The notes: generated by a model from the sequence alone, not told the origin. A stretch of DNA of 64,000 nt from Octopus vulgaris (GCA_951406725.2 OX597814.1:180730001-180794000); one strand, 5' to 3'. Numbered from the stretch's first letter, positions 28,479 to 41,745 are shown. Made by a program: numbers and translations.

Positions 28479-28695
28479 ACTCTTTTAATCTTTTACTCTT
28501 TTACTTGTTTCGGTCATTTGACTGTGGCCATGCTGGAGCACCGCCTTTAGTTGAGCAAATCGCCCCCAAGACTTATTCTTTGTAGGCCTAGTACTTATTC
28601 TATCGGTTCTTTTGCCGAACCGCTAAGTTACGGGGACGTAAACACACCAGAATCGGTTGTCAAGCGATGTTGGGGGGGGGACACAGACACACAAT

Positions 28696-28727
<32 letters not shown>

Positions 28728-28899
28728 CATATATACGACGGGCTTCTTTCAGTTTCCGTCTACCAAATCCACTCACAAGGTTTTGGTCGACCCGAGGCTA
28801 TAGTAGAAGACACTTGCCCAAGGTGCCACGCAGTGGGACTGAACCCGGAACCATGTGGTTCGTAAGCAAGCTACTTACCACACAGCTACTCCTACGCCT
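28479..28899 (-). mobile_element. Full-length SINE family B
   Basis: Reverse-complement match to 25648-26063. Confidence 0.92.
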
Positions 28900-28917
28900 A
28901 TCTTTTTTTTGAATATG

Positions 28918-30129
28918 TATGAGAACCATCAAAAAAGAAACCAAACATTTTAGAAAAACCACTTCATTGGTTTCTTTACAATTTTTTCACATTTACCGCC
29001 TTCAGAATTGTTTCCGCCACTGTTGTTGATACACGGCTCCTAACTATTTTTAAGCACATTTTCATGGATAGTATGTAGTCCACACAAGGAATTTCCTTCA
29101 GTTTTTTGTCATCATAAATCCACGAGATTTGAGGATGGATTTAAAATATGGGGGTCGAACCCAGAGAGTAGAGTGGCTGGAAGGTGTGAGATAGCTCGTA
29201 CTTTCCAAAAAAGTCATGGATTAAGAGATATGCATGAGCACATGCGTTGTCGTGGTGTTTCATTCGGAATTTTTTCTCCATGTTTCCTAGTCCAAGCCTC
29301 ATCCTTCGCAATGCATCTTACAAATGCACCAGAACATTCAAGTAAAACGCTTTATTGATCGTCTAGCCATGTGGGACAGACTCATTACGCACGACACCTT
29401 TCCAATTAAAAAAAACTCACAATATCACCTTTACGTTTGAACGGTTTAACGTACTTATTACGTCTTGACGATGATGGTTCACCTATTGGGAAGACTTCAT
29501 TTTTGTTTCACCATCGCTGTGTACCCACAATGCATCATCTTTCATTTATACCTTGCAGAAAGTTTTCATCAGCATTCGCAGCCCAAGCAGCTTCTGACTA
29601 TAGTAATTCAGTTCCATTTTTGTTCATCTGTCAGCAGTCGATATGAACTTTATAGCAACACAATACATCTTCAATTTTTCTATTAAAATTATGTGGGCCA
29701 AACTTTTTATAAAGTTTATTATTGCGGGGACAATTTTCACGGAATACAACTTGCACTTTCGTAATGTGATCGTTGTCCGTTGTTGAGAAAGGTAATCCAC
29801 ATTAGAGATTGCCTATGGTGACTCTCGTGATATTTGATACAACTCAATCTTTCTATAGGCGTATTGCAACATTAGAAAAGTCCCTATAAAAGTTTCCTAA
29901 TTTCAAACAGAACTTTATACAAGCCCGCTGCTCTTTCCAAACCTTTATTGTTCAGTTTAGACAAATCGCTTAGTGCAGGTATAGATAGATAACTAACTAC
30001 GATGTGGTGTAGCTATTGTTAGACATGCGTGTAACGTCACCCTAACACAGTGCAGTTTTCACGATGACGCTCTGCTAGTTGGTTGGTGTGCTGTTTTAAA
30101 AATTGTTTCTTTTCCGACAGACTTCGTAT
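28918..30129 (-). mobile_element. Old, decayed mariner element
   Basis: ~1.2 kb with degenerate TIRs (TATGAGAACCATCAAAAAAGAAAC / GTTTCTTTTCCGACAGACTTCGTA); remnant AHASLLIHDFFGK...QPLYSLGSTPYF resembles PPYSPDLAPCDF. Confidence 0.6.
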
Positions 30130-30783
30130 ATTAAACAACTGAACTTGCGGAAAAATGTGCACAAGAAAACTAGAAAAAAATAGAAGCACATGCGTAATAT
30201 CTCGAATATTAATTTATAGTGGTAAGTAACAGAATGTTAATCGTCATTATTTTTCTGTGTGTAACTTAAATAAAAAGGTGTTCATTACCACTTGGTTGAC
30301 GTGAACTCTTTTTAAAAGCTCCATGTTACGTTTCAAAAAATTTCCTCGTATTTATTTCTAGATGAACGACTAAAGAGGTGAATCTACTGTATTAGCAAGC
30401 AATAAATCCTTTAAATAATTGTAATAGTGAGGGAAAACATAATATTCATCCTTTCTCAAACGATATAAATGACATTAAACTGAAAATCGAAACAAGGTAC
30501 CAGATTCTTGTTAGGAAAAAAGCATTAGAAATTTTGTTTTAACAATGTGAAGTATTAGTCGGTTTTTTAATTAGGAAACATTTATTTGAGAAACAGAAGG
30601 TTACCATTTGTATGGAATTCCCTCAACGGAGATAAACATGCAAATGGATATACATGGTGATGTAAATATACAATCAATACTAAATACATTTTAAAAAGAA
30701 ACTTGATGCTGACATAGATACTACATTGATTTACTTCAGTTATTTAAAGATTCAAGGAATGCAACATAGCAATAATCTTGACA

Positions 30784-31496
30784 ACCACTTGTGATAAGAC
30801 GGAAAAAAAGTGATAAATTAGAAGTTAATCCTACTGTTAATTGTATCTCGTCTTATATGTTATAGCTTGACAGGAGACAGGGGAGAAACCTAGTCATCAG
30901 AATATCTGGTTTATCTTCAAGGCCAAGAAACAGTAACAGTAGAGCAAGTGTAGATAAAGCAAGACACGTTTATTGATTGAATGAGAAGAACTTTATGCTT
31001 GACAGTTATATGGATATGTGTTTTTCGAAACAGATAGCACTTTATTAAAACGAATAATGTAATAAGCTATTTTATGATCACGTGGACAGGTTCCCCTTCC
31101 ACATGTGATTGCCCAATCTACAAGAAATAACTACCTAATATCTCTCGAATCACAAATAGGACAAAACAGTTAGGCTGGTCGTGGCTAGAACGTCTTTTCT
31201 CAGGCTGTCTGCGGGGCTAAACAACAACGGTCATAATATAATAATTGAAGACAATTTGGCAATATTACCAGTATTAAATAAACCGAAAATTTTAAAAACA
31301 TGTTATAAGTCCGTTGTGGAGGCGCGTGGCTTAGTGGTTACTGTTACTGTTTCTTGGCCTTGAAGATAAACCAGATATTCTGATGACTAGGTTTCTCCCC
31401 TGTCTCCTGTCAAGCTATAACATATAAGACGAGATACAATTAACAGTAGGATTAACTTCTAATTTATCACTTTTTTTCCGTCTTATCACAAGTGGT
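30784..31496. repeat. Perfect 158-bp inverted repeat (30784-30941 and 31339-31496) with a 397-bp spacer
   Basis: Arms read as exact reverse complements. Confidence 0.95.
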
Positions 31497-31715
31497 GTCA
31501 GCACCATGATCGTAAGATTGTGGTTTCGATTCCTGGACCGGGCAACGCGTTGTGTTCTTGAGCAAAACACTTCATTTCACGTTGCTCCAGTCCACTCAGC
31601 TGGCAAAAATGAGTAACGCTGCGATGGACTGGCGTCCCGTCCAGCTGGGGAACACACACGCCATAGAAACCGCGAAACCGGGCCCATTAGCCTGGCTAGG
31701 CTTTAAAAGGGCGAC
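31316..31715 (+). mobile_element. SINE (family C-related) whose tRNA head is split by the 158-bp insert
   Basis: GGAGGCGCGTGGCTTAGTGGTTA | insert | GTCAGCACCATGATCGTAAGATTGTGGTTTCGATTCC. Confidence 0.85.
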
Positions 31716-32894
31716 GTTTATTTTTATTTTAAGTCTATTAATTACGAAAATTGACAAAAGTCAGGAAAGATTTTCCTGGCAATAATTGTACTGATGGATT
31801 TCCAGAGTACAATACGGAGGTACAATATTCAACGGTTCATTGTTGCGGACAGTTTCAACAATTTATCTTATTTTACATTTATTGATCATTTTCTGGTTGG
31901 TTGTGATATTTGATAACTTTCAATTGCATTGTATTCTTAATATTCCAGCTTGTAACAAAACATAAAAATATTGTGTTTACTTTATGAAGCATAACAATAG
32001 TTTATTGACGAGTTAATATGTGCTATTTGCCAAGAATGTAACACCGGTAAATCCAGTATTAAATGACATAGTAGTGCCTATAATAAAAAAAAAAAACAGC
32101 GTTGAGTATGGTTTGTTTTCTGCATTGTTGAAATTTCTATTTTTTTCTCTCTACAACATCCAAAACTGTGTTCTGTGGCCTCATTTTAAATACGTTAATG
32201 TTATATAGAAATGTCGAAGAAATAGAATAATTACATTCTTCATAAAACCATGCGATTTTTCAATTTCCAATACAAATTATGCGACAGTAAAATCACGAGT
32301 AAAGTATAAACATTGTTAATAGAGTTTCTCTATTCCATTCCAGAATTGAAGTTCAACCGATGCACGACATTTCACGGTTCCTGGTGCTCGTCACAGAATT
32401 CTAGTCTAAATATTGGAATCTATCTAGTTGGTTTATTCACGAGTTCAGTGGTCTTCCGACCTACTAAAAGCAGTAGCCATATCTCTCTCAAATCATACCT
32501 TGCTTTATTTTAATATTGATAATATAATCTTGGCTCCTCAATACCTCCACAATACCTGTAAAAATATGTAGTGGTCTTTAATCATACGTCTGCTTCATCA
32601 GAGCTGATATGGGCTTAAACAAGATTAACTACAAAAATGTAGAGGAATGTTACCTGTGTCTTGAAACCACACTATGAAGTATTCTAGTTCGTATATTTAT
32701 ACTAATGCAACCATACTGTTCTAGTTGAAACAAACTATCATTCATGGAAAATAACTATCTTTATTTTAAAGAAAACAAGAAAATAATGTCGACCCATGCG
32801 TTTGGATATATTTGTAACCAAACGCATAGGTCGACTTTCAATATTTCATTCTGAAACTTCAGAAAATTCACGTTTTTCCTTTTTTATTTTCCTC

Positions 32895-32925
<31 letters not shown>

Positions 32926-33449
32926 AGAAAAACGCAAATGTGGCAATACAGTCTACATAATGGGTCAGAATATTTGTCATTGTGAGATGAAGTACCGAGA
33001 AAATCTTTTATATCATACATAGCCATTAGAAATTCGTGAATATCGAAATAATCACGAAATGGTTAAAAGATGGTACTACTTTCTCTCTTCAAATGACACA
33101 AATCATCAAAGACTATATTGACCTCAAGCTATATGCACATTTTGTAAAGTTCCTAATTCACTATCTCAAAGTTCCTAATTCACTATCTCTTGAATAGTAT
33201 TATATTATTATATACTACATGAAAGAAGTTGCTTTATTCGATACAGCGCCTTCTTTATCTTTTTCTCTGAGTTAAAAGCATGTTGATTATAATTTCCTTT
33301 TCAGTATTCCGAGGTCGACCAAATTTAGTGGATTTATTTAAACGATGATACGTTTCAGCAGTAAAATTATACTTCTAACAAATATGCAAAGTATCATGTT
33401 TTGTTTTTGTTGTGTGGACGCCCCCAGACGATAAAGTAGGCTAGCGCAA

Positions 33450-34720
33450 TACGTAGATATAGAGGGAGAAGGCTAGACGTCAGAGTGGAGTAGAGGTCAT
33501 CCGAACGTGCGATATAACAGTGACGACAAGGATTTCGTAACTCACACAGCCACTGTGTAGTATTGCGATATAACAGTTTTAGAAGACAAAATCAAATAAG
33601 GCAGTACCGTGTCTATGACCATTGAAGGATCTCCAACACTAGTGAGATTGATGTAGTTAATGTCCACCAAGAAAATCAGACCGATGTCAACAGCGAAATA
33701 TAAGAGGGGGGGGGAAATTTTAGAGGATTAGCGTTCCGGGTGGAAAGGATTGGGCGAAGCCTTTCTTATTTGAGGAGGTAAGGGAGAGCGAGTAAGATAA
33801 AGAAAGAATGAGTGACGGGTGGAACAAGCGAGTCTTGACAGGAAGGGCATGCAGAAGGACAGTTTAGAGAAGCAGAGTCCATTGCAGTAGCCACATAAAA
33901 AGCATGCAAAAGAAAGACGAGAAGTTAAAACAAATTGTGATTAAATCGAAATTTTTTCAGTTAGTCGAATGGCTTTTTTTTTTTTATGTGGTTGAATATG
34001 TATACTAGTAGCACTCCTCATGTAAGTAAGCAGTAATCTAATGTGGGTTCTAGTCACATGCTATTCGATTTTTATGGTTGGTAGGATTACAATATTGTTT
34101 TCTTTGTGTGTGTAATGATGGTATCTGTTAAAAGAAATTAGATCGGCATGACCCCACAGGAGAATATTTTAGAGATTTCTGCCCATGGAATCAGTGAAGG
34201 TTTGATGTGGTGTCTAGATTGCATATGGTTGACACTGGGGAATGGAAGGGATAGCTTCAGTGGAGGCGTTGTTCGAAGTAACAACAAAAACGTTGCTGTA
34301 TAGAAGGAAGAATATGGGAACGAAATCGATCCTTGGTGATCACTATATTTGACAGACTGTGTGTCAGAACTCCACCAACACACGTCGTAGCTATGATACT
34401 GATAGAAATCTGATATTAATAGAAGCGTGTAGTTTTGTGAAGAGATGTGCATATCAGATAGGATCCAATGATTGCTGATGTCAAATAAGAACGACGGGAT
34501 CGTAGTTAACAGTGTGGAGGAGGTTTAGGTTTTTTTTAGGAATGGTACGCATTGTGACGTGTTTCCAAAGATTCGGATAAATTCCTGTAGGCAAGTAGTA
34601 GTAAGGCGTTTGGATGGATATGAGTTAACTCTAGAGTGCATTGCTTGAGTGTCACGAAGGCCTGGTCGCCTTGTGAGATTGGAACAATCCGAGTAGCTTT
34701 CACGCTTGTTGACTATGTGC
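33450..34720 (-). pseudogene. Decayed CR1/Jockey-group LINE reverse transcriptase
   Basis: Minus-strand remnants TLKQCTLEL...TGIYPNLWKHVTMRTIPKK...NYDPVVL and EISKIFS (cf. DISKAFD); boundaries approximate. Confidence 0.5.
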
Positions 34721-34967
34721 ATGTGAGGCTGTGATACAAGAGGAATGAAGGAAAGCTTGGAACGATTTTACTGATCGACAATTAAATGTGTTTGCTAGTT
34801 TGTTTTTTTCTGCAAGATTAAATATATTTGAGCAGTCTTAGTTGAGAAGTGGTTCCTGAAAGGATTCAATCAAATAGAAATTCTTTTTACAAGGAACCAG
34901 CAATTTTTCTTGCAGTAGTCTTAGTGACTATCTCCAATAGTTTAATAAATTGCTCTTTAATCATACC

Positions 34968-35199
34968 TATTTCTTTACTACCCACAAGGGGCTAAACACA
35001 GAGAGGACGTACAAGGACAGACAAACGGATAAGGTCGATCATATCGACCACAGTGCGTAACTGTACTTATTTAATCGACCCCGAAGGGATGAAAGGCAAA
35101 GTCGACCTCGGCAGAATTTGAACTCAGAACGTAACGGCAGACGAAATACCGCTAAGCATTTCGCCCGGCGCGCTAACGTTTCTGCCAGCTCGCCGCCTT
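34968..35199 (-). mobile_element. Full-length SINE family A
   Basis: TSD AATCATACC at 34959-34967 and 35201-35209. Confidence 0.92.
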
Positions 35200-36093
35200 C
35201 AATCATACCGCTACGAGCAAAACAATTTAGTGTATTTAGTGTTATAAGTTTTGGCTGTGTGAGGATTGTGAAGTTACATGTATGGAATATGGTTTCGATC
35301 ACCAGCCTAGCTATCTCAAATGGCTCAGTGGTGAAATACATTTGCTGCTAGTGTGTGCTAAGTACCAGAGGATACATAGTGAAGACGCTCGGATAATTAG
35401 TGGCGTGTTGCTTTGAGTGGTAATGATCTGATAATGATGTTGACGCAACAGTTATTCTTGGTTTACGGATAGAAAAGATATGGAGATAATCTCGTAAATT
35501 GTTATTTATGAAAGACATAGGTAGGTATAGGTACTTATTGGGGCACACGGGTCAGAATGGAAAAGACATATACACCTTGAGTATCAGTATGAGAGAAGTT
35601 AGAGTACCAGGAGCTGTTCTGTTTCATTATAGTTTCTAGGTGCGTTAACTTCATGGATGTGTGATATAAGATATGTTTTCAATGCAAGAAGTCGGTCAAA
35701 TAGGTGACGGTTTGTGGAGAATGTTGGTAAGTGGTAGCAACAGCAGATGAACTTAGAAGAATAGAAAAGAGAAAATGTGTGTCAGAGTTAATGTTGTTGA
35801 AATCCATGTAGCATAAATGAATGTTGTAATGACTAAATTCTACGTATGCAGCCATCACCTTTCAAAGCATATTTAAAAACCAGTACCAGTTTCTATATGA
35901 CTGTAGAAAATATATTCCTGTATGTGAATATATATTTACTTACCTCTAGTAGTCGGTTGAATAGCAAAAATGTTGTTATGGACAAAAACTTCTATTTTGA
36001 TTTTAAGAAATATTGTAAAAGAAACGCTCAATTCCTAACTTACTTTCTAGACTGTCTATACTGCGTAAAACATTGCTAGAATCACAAAATACT

Positions 36094-36145
<52 letters not shown>

Positions 36146-36231
36146 TATATTATATTTAATTTATATAAAAATTTTTATGTATTGGATTAAGTCTTTCTTT
36201 GTTTGATTTGCATAATAGTTTTTATTTCTAA

Positions 36232-36273
<42 letters not shown>

Positions 36274-36527
36274 ATATATAGAGAGAGAGGAGAGAATGAG
36301 ATTTGTGTGTGTGTGCGTGCGAGCGTGCGTATGTGCGTGTGTGTGTGTGCGTATGTGTGTGTGCATGTGTGTGCGTTCATCTATGTATGTATGTATCATG
36401 TTTGTATGTATTATGTATGCATGCATGTAAATCCACATACACACCCATACACACACACAAAGACAGACAGACTGATACATACATACATATATACATACAT
36501 ACATACATGCATACATACATACATACA

Positions 36528-37080
36528 TGGTGGCTGCACCCTCGTTATCGAGTATGGCCATTGCACGAAGCTTAATCAATGTTGTTATCGTGCAATGCCT
36601 GTGCAAGAAGACTTTTTTTAAAGTGAGGAAAGGCTGTGCACTGAGTCAGTCTCACTCACTAAGCAACAGCAGCCATAATCCGAAAAGAAGAACAAGTCAA
36701 CATCATCGGTAACCACTGAGCCGCAAGTTTTATGTTGGAGTTATCCCAGTTACCTGAGTTACCTTCTCCTAGAAGGATGCCCTAACAAAGGCTAGGAGTC
36801 CTTCACTCCCAATGGTTTAACCGCGCGATCAGGTATTCAGTCCGATTATTTCTATGTCCCCGCGCATGATACAGCCTTAAGTCATTTATTGGATGACAGT
36901 TGACTCTCAAGAGTTCCTCCGCCCTTTGACGGGTTTTGTTTTTCATCCCGCAGGGTGTCCAATAAACACCCTCCACACCAAGCAAGCTTGGTGGGGTTGC
37001 CGGTTTAGTCGCCGACGACCCGACCATGCAACAGGTTGTACTGGGTTACATGTTACCAGTAGCACTCGAAAGTGACCTGA
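36528..37080 (-). mobile_element. Non-coding RTE-related short retroelement inside a (CATA)n tract
   Basis: GC-richer island; contains CTAGGAGAAGG.AACTC motif typical of RTE 5' UTRs; flanked on both sides by (TACA)n. Confidence 0.5.
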
Positions 37081-37231
37081 CATACATACATACATACATA
37101 CATACATACATACATACATACATACATACATACATACATACATACATACATACATACATACATACATACATACATACATACATACATACATACATACATA
37201 CATACATACATACATACATACATACATACAT
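37081..37231. repeat. (CATA)n microsatellite
   Basis: Perfect tetranucleotide run. Confidence 0.97.
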
Positions 37232-37357
37232 AGTGGATTCTCCTCTCCGATACGATTAGATAACATTGAAGACACTAAAAGAAACCTGAGGGGAAATATT
37301 TTAAGATACAAGCCAGCATTTAATTTAGCAGTATGAACTATTATAGTAATTCCTTAA

Positions 37358-38001
37358 CCCCTTCAATCACAGATAAAAAAAAAAGTAAAACAGTTTTTTT
37401 AATTTTCACTTTCTATTTATACCAAAATTGAGGTCAATAATATATATTAAGTAAATTTTCAAAGAATTCTGTATTCAATATGCTTAATTTTTGGCATGGA
37501 TAAAGAAAGATTTTGCTAACACTAGGTAAAAAAAAATACCAATTTACTTACATCTGTGAGATTTACGAGAAGACGCAATCATCCTCTAAGACTTGTGAGC
37601 AAACACGGAGTCAGAATCACGTGGTCTTGGTTACATATGCGTTTTAGAGGTGTTTAAATAATTGGCAACTGTGACTCAAAAAGGCGGCGAGCTGGCAGAA
37701 ACGTTAGCATGCGGGGCGAAATGCGTAGCCGTATTTCGTCTGCCGTTATGTTCTGAGTTCAAATTCCGCCGAGGTCCACTTTGCCTTTCATCCTTTCGGG
37801 GTCGATAAATTAAGTACCAGTTACGCACTGTGGTCAATGTAATCGACTTAATCCGTTTGTCTGTCCTTGTTTGTCCCCTCTGTGTTTAGCCCCTTGTGGG
37901 TGGTAAAGAAATAGGTAGCTGTGACTCAATTACAAATTATATCTCTTTGGTAATTTAAACTGAAAAATTGTCCAATGCATTGGACAAAGTGACGGAAGGG
38001 G
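37358..38001. mobile_element. piggyBac-type MITE with a nested SINE A (37681-37913)
   Basis: TTAA on both sides; TIRs CCCCTTCAATCAC / GTGACGGAAGGGG (11/13 match). Confidence 0.75.
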
Positions 38002-40574
38002 TTAATTTCGCCGGAGCACATGCATAGTAAGATATTGAATAGGAACTCTGTCAAGGTTCAGCCCATAAAGATTTTGAGTGATATATCAGAGGTTATAATG
38101 CAGCAAGGCTGAATGAAGCAGTGTAGCTGACCAGCATCACTCATCAATCTGCAAAATTCATGGGTTGGTAACAGTTTAGCAAACTTGGCAGTAGAGTCGC
38201 TAAATTAGAAACAAACAAGAGAGATGAATCAAAACCGTAAATTGGAGCAACTAAATTAAAGTTGAATAATGTATTTTATAAACGCATATATTCATTTTTC
38301 GGTTAAAATTTAAAGTAAATATTCGCTACTTTTGTCAAAATTTATACGCTCTTTTCCTGATACAAGTTTTCGCCAATTCAAAAGTACCTTGTCAGTTGAA
38401 GATAACACACAACCCTAAAGGAACAGCAGCTTCAAATCAAATTGCGAAGTGATTTTTTTTAGGCAAATATTAAAAACCTTTTTTCTGGGGATTAACGATT
38501 TGAACAAAACAACTTTAAATGCATGGAGCTAAGTACAAGCTTCCTTGATTTCCAACCTGGTTCGGGCAAAAATCGTTGGTTACGAAGTGTTTTCAAAAAA
38601 TTATTTTAAAGAATTACTTAAGCAACCAATTGTATTTCTGGGCGAACAGTTCTTAAAGTGAACTCCCTTGTATAAGGTTTGAGTTCTGAATGCAATGATG
38701 AGAAAGCAGATTGTTTGGAGTATTCTCATGAGAGCCAGAAATGAAATATATAACATAAGCGTGAGATATGCGTTTTTCATATGTAACATTCGCAAGATTT
38801 TTTAAGATAGAGACATAAGCGTTTTCTTGATAACGTTCACACAATATTTCAAAATATACTCAAATACCAATAATTTACGAGAACAAAAACTTGGATTACG
38901 GAGCGTAAACAAGAAACTGGCAGTTTAGAGCCCTTCAGATGGTAATAATGCATAAAAAAATACTCTATGTTTATGCATGAGTTCTGAAATGTATTGCTTC
39001 TTTGTGAGTTAACAGAAATTGATGTATGCGAGTATGCATATGTATACACGTGTTTGTTCGCAAGCGAAAGAAAACTTGCTCAGTACATGTAGACTTGACA
39101 TTTCTCAGGGATAAGTTTTATGATTCATTGCGTTGTTACTCAAAGTTTTGTGCCACGTACGCTCGTTCAAGCATCAGTATGCATGTGCACGCACACACAC
39201 ACACGTGTGTGTGCGTGTGTATGTGTGTACACATGTATATATGTATATATGTATGTATCAAGAAGGCACCGAGCTCAGAACGAAAACAGCATAGAAAGGA
39301 CAAGCTTTGATAAATGTTATATTATTTTCATTCTTAAAAAAGAAGGAAAGAAACTTGACGCTTTAGAGACAAGTCCTTTAGCAGAAAAAAGGTAGAAGCC
39401 AAAAACTAAAAGAGAAGAATGTATGAGAAAAGGTGATTGGAGAAAAAAATTCAAAGGATAAAAGGCCAGATGGAAAAGCGATTCAATGTGGGAGCTAGGA
39501 AGTAAGGAGCACGATGGTATTAGAAGTCTTTTTGTGGGGTGCATGTAGTTGTTGGGGGGGGGGGTAAAGATGTGTAGAAGTGTGCAAGTATAGTGGAGTG
39601 AGATAGTGAGGATGTGAGAGAGTGTAATAAAAACGCGCGCTCAGAAACGTGGAATAGTTTTATAGAGAATTATCTTAAATTATTTCCGTTAGTTTGGCTC
39701 CAAAATTAAACTTCTCAGACGCCGTCTCATCCCTTGGCGCTTGAGCGTCTACTAACATTCATTTATTTCTTCTGATCTGTATTTTTTTAACTGTTTTCTT
39801 TTATTATGCAACGAAATTAGAACACATAAATACAGAGTTGAATACCTTCACAAGCAAATAATTTTCAAATTATATGAACGAATTATTCAGGGAAAATATA
39901 AACAAAATAAGTGAACGTTTTAACCCATTTGTTGCAAGAATAACCTTTTATTTCTGATTTTGCTGAAACTTTATTTAAGGGTTAGTTTAAACACCAGTTA
40001 CATTGATTTAAAGCCAGAAATGTAAAATCCAAAATACATTCTTAAATAAACCTAGGTGCCATATGGCACCGCTAGGATAATAACGGTACAAAAATACAAC
40101 TGTGGTAATTTCTTCCCTTTTTATTCAGTAATCAAATGTATAATAGGTTCCTCTTTTATAGCAGTGAAAATAACAAAAAGAAAAGGCAAGATGATACATT
40201 TTATGGTAATTATTATTGAAAAAATGCTCCTTTATTTCATACATTATTATTTCATACATTATTTCATACATTATTAGTTAATCACGTCAGTTGTGGGATG
40301 ACGTCAGCAGCTGGGGAGCTGACCGAAAGGGGCAGCAGTGACACGTGCGCAGGGAGGGCAAGATTCTACATTTTCGATCGAGGTCGCCGAGCGAGTAAGA
40401 CGGGTCAGCACGTTGTTAAGGTTGGGAGAAGCAGCTGCTATTTCTAGTGTTCGGGTCGGACTGTGTTGAAGGATCCATTACCGCTGAAGGGTCTCCGTCT
40501 GAGCGAAGAGCAGGTAGGTACCTTTATTTCGAATCTCTCGCATACACCACATCAGTAACGGATTATTTTTTATG

Positions 40575-41674
40575 ATAATATCTGCAAAACACGAGATACA
40601 TAATCCCACATTGCATTTTCCACATTCAGCTCGAATCTGTGATTTACAAAATTCTCCCTGACATTGACATCGCTTGTTCCCAGCTACTGGTCGCTCATAG
40701 TGTTCAGAACCATCGTATCGTATATCAGAGTATCCTGGACATGATTTCCTCTTTTTTTTTTTTTTGTCGAAAAATGGAGGGCATCACTTGTGTTTCGACC
40801 TTTTTCCAAGTAATTTGGCATTTTTTTCTTTTGTTTCCCACACCTGAAGCCTGTCCAGTTTCAGCAAAACTTCCTTTCTGCGTCACTTCGTTATCTTTTG
40901 TTTTCATACTTCGTGATTGCAATTCTGCTGGGGCGCGAAGTTGGTTGCCTGAGAGATGATGAATGTGTTGAACGATGTCAGCTTCATCTTCTTTCCTCGA
41001 ATCCTCATCTGTTAGGTCAGTAGCCTCTGGGGGTTCAATGAAAATATCATATAGGCCGTCATCTTCCTCTTCAAAAATAATCAAAATTTCATTCAAAGAC
41101 AGTTCACGTTTCCTGAAAAAATTCACGATTGTGAAAAACTAGAAACTTTAGCATTCGGAAAGCGTAGACCTCAGCCAAGCAGCATGCCCCTCTCCCGTCC
41201 CCTAGTTTGATTTACATCGAATTTAATCATGTGTTCTTTGTCCTATTTTAAAAATTTCCTGAAAATTTCATCAAAATCCATCTATAACTTTTAGAGTTAT
41301 GTTGCTAACAAACAAACAGACAGACAGTCAAGCGGACAAACCAACGCCGGCAACAACAGAACATCCTTGACGGAGGTAATAACACGTATAGTAAGAGAAA
41401 ACTATGCTGCCATAGTTGTAAGTCCAGGTTCCAAGGAAAAAGCCAAAAATATAGGAAATAACACATGTTGTACTGTATAATTCCTAGCAGTGCCATATGG
41501 CACCGTAAAATAATTCAACAAAACAAACGTCATTGCAATAGATCTTATGGATTATTTTCATTTGTTTCTATTTCTAACGAAGTATTTAGATATTATTCTA
41601 ATAAAATGCGAGATATTTTGACCATATTTCCGAATGAGCAAACATATAGTAACTCACCTGTTTAGAGAAGTCAT
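40575..41674 (-). pseudogene. Two-exon, core-deleted piggyBac transposase (exon 1 41674-41658, exon 2 from 41112)
   Basis: ATGACTTCTCTAAACAG|GTGAGT donor and TTTTTTCAG|G acceptor splice in frame to give MTSLNRKRELSLNEIL... Confidence 0.65.
41200..41381. mobile_element. Short Helentron/DINE-like element
   Basis: AAATTTCATCAAAATCC...(ACAA)(ACAG) microsatellite...CCTTGACGGAGGTAATAA end, typical of this class. Confidence 0.4.
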
Positions 41675-41745
41675 CTCCGTAGAGGATTTTTTTCACATTA
41701 GCTGACAAACACATATGCTCACTCTCCCAAGGTGGCACAGCTTCT

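Noticed and set aside
33146-33189. Short local tandem duplications (22 bp here; others near 42762, 52702 and 53085)
   Set aside because: Ordinary slippage or repair duplications with no further structure.
36990-37080. Canonical HDV-like or twister ribozyme
   Set aside because: Could not assign P1/P3/L3 or the twister core with acceptable geometry by hand.
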